Of a DNA stretch of 64,000 bases, positions 36,901 through 49,945 are shown one piece after another. The DNA is from Octopus sinensis (taxonomy: Eukaryota), in assembly GCF_006345805.1 (NCBI RefSeq), contig NC_043013.1:55552001-55616000 (forward strand), read 5' to 3'. The notes beneath the pieces are model-generated. The model saw only the letters and a list, made by a program, of their open reading frames with translations, was not told the DNA's origin and did no database searches. Made by a program: the position numbers and the translations under genes. Numbering within the stretch: position 1 is the first letter of the stretch; every line of letters begins with the position of its first letter.

Positions 36901-39069
36901 AAGTATATATTGATATGGTATTCAACTCCAGCTTATTTTCCACTCACACACACATATGTATATACAATGTAGTTCTCTGATCTTATAAAAACCTCAAGAG
37001 ATTTACAAAGTAAAACGGATAAACACAGGTTCGAACCCAGCACTCCAGTGTGTTAAAGTGAACATTTCTGAGATGCATCTATTATATCCTCATTTTCTCA
37101 CATGACTCAAATATCAATAATAATAATATTCACAATTGTTTCTTACACGAGTGAATTGTATGAATTTGCACTGCAAATATAGTTAATCAGAATAGAAAGC
37201 TAATGAAACCCTTTTTATTAAACAAAGAACTGACTTCTTACTAAGAGGGTCCCATTCATGAATAGACATATCAGCGAATATGTGTGCAATACAATTAACA
37301 AGAATAATATAAAAACAGGAATTAATACAATAAAAGGGTAGAGTTCAAAAGAAATGGTAAAACTCGAAGAAGGAAATCAGATAAAAGGGATTAAAAGGTT
37401 ATTTGTATTAAGCAAAATGGATTTCTACAGAAAATGGCTGTCGATGGCTAAAGGAGTTCTAAGTTTTCATAAAACCACTAACAATTCAAAGGGACAGGAA
37501 ACTAAAAAGAACACAAATCCACTATTTAGTATCAATTACTGGTAAGTTAAGGGTCTTAGATCAAAGGTCCTGTAACAACGGCTGTATACAAATGAAGAGA
37601 GAACAACACTAAGCGAACTTTCAGTTATGTTCAACTGACCTAGGAAAGCCGAATGAACAAAGAAGTCAATTAGCATTTTGCTTCCAAACTTGCAAAATTT
37701 ACTGTTGATATCTTGAATTGCAACAAATAGCAATAATGAGTGGCGACTACACATAACAGCAGGATCAAATTGAGTTATATATTAGAATATTAAAAGTTTG
37801 GGAAAATATCAAGTGGCTAAGTACTAAATATAGAGCAAAACTGCAAAACCCTTTACCCCATGGTGAGTCATACTACCTTCCACGTTGATCAAGTAAGTGC
37901 ATCTCATTTGTGCATCCATTTTTGGCAAGGTTTCTATGGTTGGATAGGTTCCTGTCATCAATAATTTTATAGAGTGTCCTGGAGAAATTAGAATCAGGTA
38001 TTTGGGGAAGAGGGGAAAAAAAAGTTATATGCACACAATGATGGACCAACAGTTTTGATGAGCCTGGAACTGAAGTGTTGTGGGATCCCTTTGCTATCAA
38101 TGCAAGGAGGGCAGAGAAACTCAGAGGGCAGAGAACAATGTAATTAAGTGATGCCCTTGAAAACAGGGCCACATAATTAGTCAATTTCAAGCACCAAAAG
38201 CCCTGGGAAGCTGCTTATCTTCTTCAGTGCCTTTGTTCCATGACAGATGATTACAAATTTTTAAAAATTTAACCAGGGCATCATAAAATTTGATTTAGAT
38301 TGCTATAAGGAATTATCTCGCATGTTAAATTCACTCGTGTGACCTTTTCCCAAATTCTTATGGTTTTTGTTCAAATTCTACCAGGGTCGGCTTTTCATTC
38401 TTTCAGATGGATAAAGTAAGTATTGGGATCAATTAATTGACTTGTCCCCTTTCCTCAAAATAGCTGGCTTTGGTAGATTTTAACAATACGAATATTTGGA
38501 AAGATGAACAATAAAGACACCTTTCTTAAATCTTCTCCTTGTTTATCTTGTTGCTTTATATTGTCTGTCAGCATCCATATTTTATAAGTTTTGACTGGAC
38601 AGACGATAAGTTAATTCACTGAGGTGCATGTGTTAAGTGATGGGGGATAAAGGAAAAATATAAAACACAAAAATGATTCCCTTTTCGCTCTTCATCCATC
38701 ACCATCACCACCACCCTCCTTTGACCAATATATTTATTGGAAGTGGCATTCTCCTTTACTTATACCCCTAATGACATCACCATCACTTTTAAGTAAGAAG
38801 GTTCAGTCCAAATTATTTGCCAATGAAGATTATTTTCCTTTCATTTCAGTTCAGCTATCTATTTGTATATCTATTGCTATACCTGTAGCCCTACCTATTA
38901 CCTGTCTGCTTGTATATCTTTTGATGTACCAGTAGAACAACTTACTTATGTTTCCACGTTTCTTTTCTTTAATGTTTTAAGAAGAAAAAAACTGAAAGCT
39001 GATGGTAGTGCCCCAACATGGCCACAAAACTTTACAGTGGAATATTTCAAAGATTCATCACCATACATG

Positions 39070-39114
<45 letters not shown>

Positions 39115-39239
39115 ATGTGTGTACGTGTGTGTATACGTGTGTGTTTGTGTGTGCGCATAGATGAAAGATATTTTCTATTCTATCATTGTATCCATGTAGA
39201 TAGATGGATATAATAACAGATTGAGGATATATTTTATCC

Positions 39240-39720
39240 TTTCCTTGTTTCAGTCATTCGACTGCAGCCATACTGGGGCACCACTTTAGGGAATGTCTCA
39301 CTTGAATAAAATGACCCCTGTACTTATTTTTTTATGATAAAGACTGGTACTTACTCTAGTGGTCTCTTTCGCCAAACTGCTAAGTTGCAGAGATGTACAC
39401 ACGCAAACACCAGCTCTCAAGTGGTGGTAAGGGAAAATCACAGATACAAAGACACCCACACACACGTGTGTGTGTGTGTGTGAGTGCAATTAATTAAAAA
39501 AAAAACGGAGTAAAAAGAAAAAAAACAACAATGCGAGGACGTGGTACATGCAAAGTATTAATAAGACACACAGAGAAGGAAAGAAAGGGAGTTTTACATT
39601 TCGAGTGAAGCTCTTCTTCAGAAATGGAAGACAGAGTAAAGTCAGGCTATAGTAGAAGAAAACACTTGCCCATGGTGCCATACAGTTGGGCTCAGATCCA
39701 TACCACTGTGCCTGAAACTA
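39240..39720 (-). mobile_element. Family-A SINE interrupted at ~39490-39640 by a Penelope-like terminal fragment
   Basis: SINE tail at 39240-39300 and core at 39643-39700 flank an unrelated segment that carries a hammerhead motif. Confidence 0.7.
39592..39624 (-). ncRNA. Near-intact type I hammerhead motif
   Basis: TTT-[CTGAAGA]-A-GAG cttca CTC-[GAAA]-TG-TA^AAA. Confidence 0.5.
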
Positions 39721-39845
39721 CAAAAACATTTGAACATTAAAACCTGTAACAATGACTAAACTTTTATTTTTATTGTTTATTGTAAAATTCCATTATTTGA
39801 TTATCTAAATCTCATAAACTACACAAACTTGCTATTTCAAATTCC

Positions 39846-39879
<34 letters not shown>

Positions 39880-40923
39880 TTCTCCTTTCAACTCTGTTAC
39901 ACATACCTGCACTAAACACTTTCTTTATTTCCCTTCTCTTTTTCTCTTTCTCTGTAATCTTTATTCTCTTACTCCTTTTCTTTCTCCCCACTCTTTCTCT
40001 ATCTCTCTCTTCTGCTCTCTCTTTCGCTTTCCCTATCTTTCTTCATCTTCTCTCTCTCTCTCTCGGTTTCTCGTACTCTCCCTCTCTCTTTTCTCTTCCC
40101 ATTTCTCTCTCTCCCTTTCTTATTACCTCATTCTTCAACTATTAAACCCCTCACTTCTCATAACAGCATCACACAAACTTTAGGCTATTCACAACAAAAA
40201 CCATCAAGATTCGACAAGACACTGAAGACACTTGAGGCTGGCCAAAAGGCTGTCGGCTCAGCCTCACGTAAAAATTCTGTCAAGAGAATCTCAATGGAGA
40301 CGATGATGAAATTACACAGGCAAAAACAAGAAAACGGATTTTTCCTTTTACACTGAAGTACTCTGCATGATGATGATGATGAAAACCACATGAATTTTCT
40401 CTGGAAATTAGCAATAAAAAGGTTACACGCCTTTAAATATATGAAATTTTAACTAATCAAAAGCCTCCTTTACCAACATCTCTAAAGTGGTAATTATTTG
40501 TTTCCATGACAACACCATTGCAGTTATTGTTTGCATCTGTCTCTTGTTTCTAGCCCTGTTTTTTTTTTGGGGGGGGGGTTCTAGTGTAGCAAATCGTGTT
40601 TGGTTTTGATTCAAATACAGGGTTTGGGGTTTCTTTTGTCAAGAGAACAAGCTCTTCAATGCTGTATTTCATGAATTTGATGGAGTGCATATAAATGGGG
40701 GAAGATACAGCAATGTTTGTTCAGAAGAAATATAGATGTTATGAACCTGAAGGAACACCATGGTTGTGTCTCTTAGTGGAAGTGAGCTGGAACATAAAAA
40801 CTTACTGTGCATGCACAGCAGAGTTCAAGGTCAATCTGTGTCAAGCAGCTTCACTCTGTGTGCTTTACTTTTGTTACTATAGCAACAGTCCGGATACTTA
40901 ATGATCAGACTATGTACATACAC

Positions 40924-40977
<54 letters not shown>

Positions 40978-40981
<4 letters not shown>

Positions 40982-41110
40982 GGAATTTACAAAAAACAAA
41001 AGACGAAGACAGGTGTATAAACAATGAACAGGTGTTAACACTTGGGAAGGTGAAAAAGTCTTTTACATTTCGAGCCTACGCTCTTCAACAGAAAGGAACA
41101 TGAGAAAATA
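40978..41110 (-). mobile_element. Penelope-like terminal fragment with degenerate hammerhead, abutting (TA)n
   Basis: CTTT-CTGTTGA-A-GAGC GTAG GCTC-GAAA-TGTA-AAAG; homologous to 5925-6075. Confidence 0.6.
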
Positions 41111-42289
41111 AACAGAAAGAGGATAAAAAAAGAAAGCTTTAGTAGCCAGCGGTCAATCGAGGAGGGAGGGAGGGGGAAAGACATTAAAATAATATACTAA
41201 ATCTATTTGCTCATTCGTTAATATTTTCCCTCAATTATTCACAGAGAAATTTGTAATTTGTTTATCATAGAAAATTCGATGCCAATTTTGTCATTGTTTC
41301 ATATTCTAACTATAACATCCAGCAACTGAATTATAAAATATGACCAAATTTTATAACTTTTGCAAAATAAAAAGTCTTTTCTGAATGAAATAATGAAGAA
41401 GCATTTTCCATGAAGGCATCTCACAGAGAATATAAAAAAGTTCAACGAGTTCACAGAACTTGTAGCTTGCTTTTATTATATTTTTTTGTATCATGAAAAT
41501 GAAGTTACAATTATGTTGTGCTTTAGATAGTTAAGTAGGTTTGCAAAATGCAGTCACAAATGATTCGTCTGTTTAGAGTAGAAAAGCTACTTTCACTGTG
41601 AATTACATAAATGGTAATAAACAGATTAAACAGAACCATTCATTCTACATGATTAAAAATAAATAAGTTTAAATCTACCAAACCTAATGTTCTTAGAAAC
41701 CTGGCATTAAGAAACAAGATTTAGTGTCAGTCAGCTATTGACTTCTGAATGTATAATAAATGTTTAAAAAATTGGGTTGTAAAAAATAAAAACAACACAC
41801 TGGTTGTCTTAATTAAGAAAGCATAGGTCAAAGACAGTTTTACAATAAGGTTTTATAGAAAGTTTTCCAAAGACAGTTGTGAAAGGGGAACAAAATGTGT
41901 TAATATTACTGCCATATCTAAAGAATTAATTATTGAAATATGAAAAGAACTAGACTGAATACAATGATCAACATTTTCGATAATAACAAATACTTTGAAA
42001 TGGAATTATTCAGAATGTAGACAAGGTGATAAATTGTGTACACACACACATACACACTCATGCATATATGCATGCACACACATACATGCATGCACTCATG
42101 CACACATACACATGCACACATACACATGCACACACACACACACCTAAAACTTTCTATGTGTAAGATAAGCAGCCAAAAGTTTCGTTCAATCAAATTCTTG
42201 CTCAACTGTACACATCAGCAGATTGATAAAAAATGACTGAATGGTTTAAATTGCGTTTGGCACACGTTCAACTTATTGCATTGTCTCTA

Positions 42290-43420
42290 ATGTGATTCAT
42301 TATGCGCCAGGGTGTCTGTTTAGAGTTTATGAGAAGTTACTTGGGCCTCCTGGTGGCAGATCGAAATAAGTTCAGTTAGTTTGTCTACCGTTGCAGTGAA
42401 ATGGTAAATAATACTAAGATGGTGAAAATGCTTTCTCTGTTCATGCGACAGGCACATCTTTGACACATTCTTCATTACTTTTATGAAGGATGCCATTAGG
42501 ATGACTAATGTAGCAGAGCCTTTTATGAATACTAATGAATTTGCCATGGGCCTTTTTGTGGTGGAAGTGAAGTATGCATTGTTTGGGTGATCCAGTGACA
42601 GTTGTGTTGTCCAACTATAGTTTGATGCCCAATATATCTTTTGGGGATGGATCCCTACAAATTTGGAAATATAGATATGAAGTTATTGACTGCACATTTC
42701 CTAATCTTTATGCAAAGCAAGTTATCCTTTGGTGGCAAAACCATAGGGTTCTTGAACCTTTTGGACAGACATTCTCTCAAAGAAAGTTGATTGAGCTATT
42801 ATTGTGAACATAGGATTTATTCTTCACTTTGGAAGTCATGTCTGTCATGGTCATGTGACAACAGAATGGAGATAGCCATCTTCTTCTCAAGACTCAAGTT
42901 ATTGAGCCACTGTTGTCCTCCAGCCATGTCTGAACTGTGCCAGTCTGCACAATTCTGCCACTAAAGTTGGATGTTATCACTAAATCTGGTTTTAGGTCTT
43001 CCTCCCATTCTTTTACCATATTTTACAACTGTTAACAGGAACTTGTCAAGGGCTTGCCTTCTAAATATATGGCTGGCAAAGGTCCATTTTCTTTTCATGA
43101 TAGTATTTAGCAGTCTTTCCTGGCACTTTATCTTGTCACTCATTAATTCTTATATTCATCCAGCTTATTCTGAGAAAGCATCTAAAACACCATTGATCAA
43201 ATGCTTTGAGTTTCCTTTGATTTGTTTTTTCTGTATAATCCAGCATTCAGCCCCACAGGAGGCTCTGCGGAATATCAATGAATTTAGGAGTCATACTTTT
43301 TTGATCACCATGAGATGGCCTTATTCTTCCTTATTTTGTTCAGTGGGGAGGGCCATGGCTAGGCTAATGTTGTTTTGCATGCTGGTGTCAGGATGGAGCA
43401 GTTAGATTCTGATGACAAAT
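42290..43420 (-). pseudogene. Decayed RTE LINE pieces
   Basis: KLKAFDQWCFRCFLRISW and LLNTIMKRKWTFASHIFR...GGRPKTRFSDNI match the RTE ORF2 C-terminus; the left part is only tentatively assigned. Confidence 0.6.
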
Positions 43421-43509
43421 TTTGAATTCTAAGTATCATTGAAGTTGGTGCTAAATGATCATCAAAATCCTGAACCAAGTTTTTGACTACCTCTTGGATC
43501 CTGCAAACC

Positions 43510-43775
43510 TCATTGATTGAGCAAGGCTATCTCTATTGTTGGTTCTATAAATGAGGAAATTATCATGATATTTAATGGGGAAATAGCCACTTGTGAAGGA
43601 ATTTATTCCTGCAATGATGAAGACAATTATCAAATTGAATTTCTAAACAGCTGTAACATTTGGTTGGGTTCCCATCTCTCGTATTTTACTTCGACAAAGG
43701 AATGTCTTGTAATGCAATTGTGAAATTTAGATAAGACTAATGGGATTTGCTATGGAAGAAGAATTCGAATAACAC
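43510..43775 (+). pseudogene. Helitron PIF1-like helicase relic
   Basis: INEEIIMIFNGE...DNYQIEFLNSCN...CLVMQL*NLDKTNGICYGRRI parallels Helitron NYP.EFLNSL...PVMLLRNLD..NGLCNGTRL. Confidence 0.7.
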
Positions 43776-45069
43776 ATTTACATGAACGTATGAATGAAGG
43801 TAACATTGTGACAGAAAACATGTCATTGTGGCAAGAATTAAACTGAGACCTTCTGATATCACTCTGAAATTTACACTTACGCAATTACAGCTTCTAGCTC
43901 AAGTAGATTTCATGATGACAATCAATAAATCTCAATGTGTGTTTAGGTTTGTTCTTCCAAACTCTTCTGCTCGGCATTGAACAAATGCATGTAGCTTTGC
44001 CAGAACTACACAAGGTTTTATAAGTTTAGTGAAAATGGTGAAAAATCCCTAAAATTGTGTTCAGTTAAAATTTACAGTTTTACAAGTTTACTGTTAACTT
44101 TTATACAATTTATTACTTAATTCAGAGTGATCTGTACATGTTCAAATTAATGGGCAAAGAGAGGAAGCTGTTTCCATTCATACAGAAAATCTATTTAACT
44201 GAAGCAAACCTAAAGCCTATTTTGTATTGTTTTCAATATTTAAAAAAAAAACGTTTAATACTACAGACACCATAGCTCAAGTTATTAAATTATAATAAAG
44301 AATATGTGGTTTTTATTTACCATTGTGAATGTGTTGTTGAATTGTATATGATTTATTTCACTTTGCTTTTGTTACTTCTTGCTTCTCTTATGCTAGTATA
44401 TCCAAAACTTTCCTATATTTTGTAAGACTACTCATAAATATTATAAGCTCTTTAGCACAAATAACATTAAGGCTAATAATTTCTGCCAAGATAATATCAC
44501 TTTTAGTATCTAATGCCCATACAGAAAAACATGCATCCACTCTGTCTCCAGCCTGGCAAAACACTTACAACTGCTGATGTCAAGTACTTGTTTACCATGG
44601 TGATTCTGTTTTTGCAAGCTGTAGTATACAGAACAGCATACATTTTACAAGATAGCATTCAGAGAAACTGAACACACTGGAGTAGTGTGTCATATTCCTT
44701 AAAGGAAAACTTGAAATTATTTCCAACAGATGAAAATTTCTCTCTGGACATTTCCAACTGATTGACCCCCCAAAATAATGTCAGTCAATGACTGCAAAGA
44801 AAGGGAATAAGAAAGAATAAACTCTTGCTCTTGAAAGCTAACCTTGGTCAGGTTGCCTCCCTTACACCATAATAGAGCTCTAGAATATCTCACTTCTGCA
44901 ATAAATTCAATGATGTGACATACCTGATCCATTGGGAATCAAGCTTCCAAATGATCAATAAAGGCTTGCATTCAAGTCATATTTGGCTAAAATTTTCCAA
45001 AAGCAGAACATCTAAATTATTAGGAAATGTTTTAGGAAACTCTCAGTAATGGACTCAGAACACTTCATC

Positions 45070-45390
45070 TACACACACACAGGCCTGACTCTCTATTGGT
45101 TATGATGATGAGTGTTCCAGCTGAACCAATCAACTGCTCATAAAGCTACCCGGCAGGTTGTGGAGCACTCTGTAGACATGCATACCCTTAATGTAGAGAT
45201 TCAAGATGATAAAGTGAGTGACAAAGTTGACCCTTTAGATTACAGCTACAGCTAATTTTGTCAGTTGAGTGAACTGGAGCAATGAGAAAGAAAGTGTCTT
45301 GCTCAAGGACACAATCTTCCACTTGGAATTGATCTCATGACCTTATGAACTTGAGCTGAATGCTGTGGCCATCAAGCCACACATCTGACA
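45070..45390 (-). mobile_element. Family-C tRNA-derived SINE
   Basis: GAGTGAACTGGAGCAA...AAAGTGTCTTGCTCAAGGACAC core shared with 57870-57940. Confidence 0.75.
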
Positions 45391-48244
45391 CACATAACAG
45401 TTCACTTAAACACTTGTACACGTGCCTGGATATACGAATGAAGATTTTTTTCTTCATTTCTTATATTCTTACAATTTGTTCTTAATTCATCTACCAAATT
45501 ACAGACCAATGGTAGCCAGTCCAAGACTACTGTAAAAGATTTCCATGCAATATGAACAAACAGGGAAACAAATAGTTGTCATGTGATTGATGTCCACTGA
45601 TGTCTATTTATCTGTAATCAAAATACCGAAAATCTTCACAATAATTTGTTCTTACAATGACCACCATCACAACTCACAAATTTGTAGCAATAAGAGGAAA
45701 CATTTTGGTTCATGGACATTCAAAACAGATACTGAAAATTTTATCGAGTCTAGAAACAGCCAGCAATTATTTGCTTCCCCTACTTACTACAGCACGATAC
45801 TTATTTGATGGGGCTCAACTCCCCAGTGAGAATATTACTGTCAATTCAGTGGCATGAATTATCTCTCAATTAAAATTTACAAGTCATAATTTCATTAATG
45901 GTAAAGAGCAAATAAAACTACCAAGACCTTTCACTGTAGTACTACAGAGGCCATGGCCTGGAACAATCTTCTTCATGTGCTCCGCCTACTGGTATCACCA
46001 ATCCGAGACCGCCAACCCTTCTTGTACCAAACACAACTAAGCACATTATTCACTTAACCTTTCTATAGCTAGCTGATAAGGCCATAGAGTAAATTCTCTC
46101 TCTGTCTTCTCAAGCTTCTTCTCCTCCTCATAAACCTTTTAAACTTGATGAAGCAAATGGAACAATGGCATTGTTTATAAGTTAAAATATAACAATAAAA
46201 CAAACTTGCTATTCTACTTAGCATTAATTTATACTAAACTGTATTTGTTCTTTCAAATGTCAGTTTAAAGCAGAATAGCTTGCAGAACCTACAAGCTATT
46301 CAGCTTCAAAGTGTTAACATTACTAAACTATTGAAATTTTCAGTGATAAAGACTCCCACTGGTCTCTCTTGTTTTTGGTGAACAGCCAACTTCACAAAGC
46401 ACTTTTGATTGACATTTTGGGAATAACTTTGTCCAGAGATTTTGTCTATAAATTATGTCCTAAATATAGCTCAAATCACCTCAAGGAAGCTGCGGCTGCT
46501 CTGTTGGGCCAAAATATACTGTAGACTTTTGAAATTGCTTGCTCTCTACAGGATGCAATATATTATATTATGAAAGGCCTTTCCTCTATTTGAAACTTAA
46601 CCGAATCAATAGCATCATGGACACCTAAAGCCATTTATTTGATTATAAAAAATTGTTTTAGTCATAAGTTCCAGTTTGTGGTTAGTGTTTTGGTTTCGTC
46701 ATCTCTCAGTGTATCTTGCAGATTTATGTAATTGAGCTAATAAAGAAACGTCAATGTTGTTGGTCAGTTTGTTAGATATAGCAGCCAGATCCTCCTCAAA
46801 TAACACTTTAGCTAACATGTGATAAGGGAAAAACTAAGAAAGGACCCATTGGATTATGTAGCTTTAGTTGTAATATAGCACAAAAAAGGTATGGTGCTCA
46901 TGGGTGGAATGCCTTTGACTATATTTTTACTTATTCAGCGATGACATGGAGCTCAACAACAACAACAACAACAATCAGAAAGTAAGATACATTGAAATTG
47001 TGGTGTCAGATATTCTATGTGTGAAAGCAACAAGCCATGTTGGTTATGGCCAAAAGGGATTTGACCCAGGCTGAGTGGGGCTCAACTGGAAGTAAGCAAA
47101 AAGTTCTGTTACTCTGGAAAATGTAGTTCTAGATATGCTATGTCAAAAGAATAAATAAAAATAAACTGGTGTGAGGGTCATAGCTGGAATAACATTAATC
47201 CTAGTTTTGCTCCATCAAAGCTAACAGCAACAGTAGCAAAATAAAGTGATATGAACTCACCTGTTCCATTTCCAAACTTAACTGGAATTGTATTAAATAT
47301 TTCTACTGTCTTTCAGTTTTCTCCAAGACCGTTTCCTTCTTTAAATTATTACTAACTGTTCTACTTTAAAATGTTTCTGATAATTTCTTCTAATTAACAG
47401 CTTTTCCACTCATCAAATACTAATCACATTAATTTTGCCAGACATGTTTTGTCCATTCATTTTTGAAGTTTAACATTATTCACAAAACCATGAATTATAT
47501 TTTTGTATTTATACAAAGATTGAGAAAATTACTGTATTACAAGTGTGCAAATCTATCTATCTATCTATCTATATCTATATGTATGTTACAGTATTTCTAT
47601 TAAACAGCTTATTTGGTTATCAGTCGAGTTATTCAGTGCCAAAGAACCTCTTCTTAGCTGGAGTTATGCATATGTTGACTTTATTATAATTGTTTATTAA
47701 ATACAGATTGATAATAAACTACTTCATTTTATTATATCTTAATTACAGAAGACAAGTTTTGTCTAAGACAAAAATTTTAGAAAAGTTCTCTAAGAAAGTC
47801 AATCATTGCATTATGATTGGAAATATTCCAATACCATATATTCTAGATACTTTGTAATTTTGAAGAAAATCCTGCTTTTTGTAGTTATGTTTCTCTTCTA
47901 TTTATATTGTGTTTCATTTCATATTTTATTGTGTTTTGCAGCATTGTGTGGCTGAGTGGTGCAGATGTTGAGCTCATGATCATTAAATTGTAGGTTTGAT
48001 GCTCAGACCAGATGTCACATTGTGCCTTTGAACAAGATGTTGCAGTGACTCCTGGTAATCAACTCTGCAATGGAATAATCTTGTGTCTGTCATGAGAAAC
48101 AGTAGCATTAAATTTAACACAGTTCCAGCAAAAATATTTAACAGAGAATCTTGTGTCACTTAAAAGAGAGCAAAAAGAAAAAAATCCATGTTTTTAAAAA
48201 AAAAGACAGCATCTGTATGAAATTATTATGAAAGCAGCAAATAA

Positions 48245-48430
48245 GATGGTGAGCTAGCAGAATGGTTAGCATCCTGGAGAAAATTCTTAGAGGTATTTCG
48301 TCCCTCTTTATGTTCAGAGTTCAGCTTTGTCTTTCATCCTTTCAGGAGGAAAAATATAAGTACCAATGAAGTTCTGGGTTTGAGGCAATTGAATAGCCTC
48401 TTCCCTGAAAATTTCAGGCCTTGTGCCTAT
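48245..48430 (+). mobile_element. Family-B SINE
   Basis: GGTGAGCTAGCAGAATGGTTAGCA head; AAAATTTCAGGCCTTGTGCCT end. Confidence 0.82.
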
Positions 48431-48616
48431 AAGGCAAAATGTCTTACATACAGTAAAAAACGCTTCAGGAACATTTACCTTGAAGAACTAGGAAGAATAG
48501 GAGGGAGAATAAGAAAGAGAAACTGTTGAGACCAATGAAGGCAGTAACAAGAACATCTCACCCTGGTTTCCTGGGAACCAAAGGCCACAGTTCCATAAAT
48601 GGCAGAGATCATCTCT

Positions 48617-48910
48617 TGTTCTGTGCTGAAAACATGTGAGTAGATATTCTGTTGTCTAAAGGTAGCAACCAGTACCAGCATCCCATCGTTGTGTGACTAA
48701 AAAGAGATAATGGCTACAGAGGAAAGTATTCCAACTGATGGAGAAAATATAAAGGGGAAAAGGAGAAATAAAAGTCACCAAAATGAGAAAATCAGCAAAA
48801 AAAACAACATTTATTAAGATGAGTGAAGAGGAATAAACTCTTCTTCAGAGGAATAATGAAAACAACGAAGAAAAGGGCAAAGAAATGAGAGTCAGAGCAT
48901 TGAAAGGTGA
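48617..48910 (+). repeat. Unclassified dispersed repeat, second copy at ~52541-52818
   Basis: Shared TGTTCTGT..GAAA.A.GTGA.TAG..AT.CTGTTGTC.AA.GGTAG.AACCAG and AACTCTTCTTC.GAGGAATAA segments. Confidence 0.65.
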
Positions 48911-49519
48911 AAGAAAGAGCTAAAAGACAAAAAGTACGTTGTGTGTGGGGCTCAGGATGTAAAGAACAACAGTTTATGAATAAAGGAAAGGTGCAGAATA
49001 TTCCAGTTTGTGGACATTGAGATATTACAGTGGACTCAAGCAGTCTTACTCTGCAAGGAAAAGTGTGGGAATTTGTTGTTGCATGAAAAAGAAAACAAAA
49101 GAAACAAAAAAACAATACAAATATCACCGAGTGGGAGGAAGAGATAGAAGGAGAGGCTGAGAGACAGTGATACAAGTTAAACCTTTTAGGATTAAAATGA
49201 AGATCATCTTAAAGAAATTTTTTAAAAAATTATTACAAGGGTAAAATAGCTCAGTTTATGTTAGAAAGGAGATTTGAAATGAATTTCCTAAAGTCCAGGC
49301 TGTACCCCCCATGTAGATAGACTGTTCCCCCGATAATCATGAAACAAGGGACTGAAACAGTATGGTGAGGTTAAGGGTTCTCATGCAACAAAATTATCAC
49401 AAAAGCAACAAAAATATCACACAGAGAGGGAGAGGAAGAAACTGAGTGCATTTTACCAAAAGACTTTTGCACCAATATCACTATCTGCCTCTCGCTCATC
49501 TTCACACTCTCTATCTATT

Positions 49520-49557
<38 letters not shown>

Positions 49558-49593
49558 CAAGAATTTTGTTGTGTTTATGCTGTTGTTGTTCTT

Positions 49594-49643
<50 letters not shown>

Positions 49644-49699
49644 CATCATTATCATTATTATCATTATTATTATTATTTCTTTTTATCACAGGTTTTGTT

Positions 49700-49945
49700 G
49701 GAACTCCTGAAGTCTTGCATGTGTAGTGGGCTTGCTATGGTACCATGCTATCCGTTCATTTCAGCTATCTAATACTTTCCTGATTATTCTGGCCATGCCA
49801 AAGAGGCAAACCTTTTGTAACAGTTCTACTGGGCACTCTATTCCAATTTCCTTTATATTCCTCTTTATGCCTTCTGATACTGTTCCCAAGGACCCAACAA
49901 TAATTGGCACTATCTTCACCTTCTTCATTTTCCATAGCCAGGGTA
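49700..49945 (-). pseudogene. 3' end of an R4/Dong-like REL LINE running into (AAT)n
   Basis: WKMKKVKIVPIIVGSLGTVSEGIKRNIKEIGIECPVELLQKVCLFGMARIIRKVLDS*; (AAT)n tract at 49588-49675. Confidence 0.88.

Noticed and set aside
37350-38280. Possible Penelope RT/GIY-YIG relic
   Set aside because: No diagnostic motif could be read with confidence in any frame
40215-40256. Hammerhead-like CTGAAGA...AAAAGGCTGTC
   Set aside because: No convincing stem II and GAAA is absent; at best a very old relic
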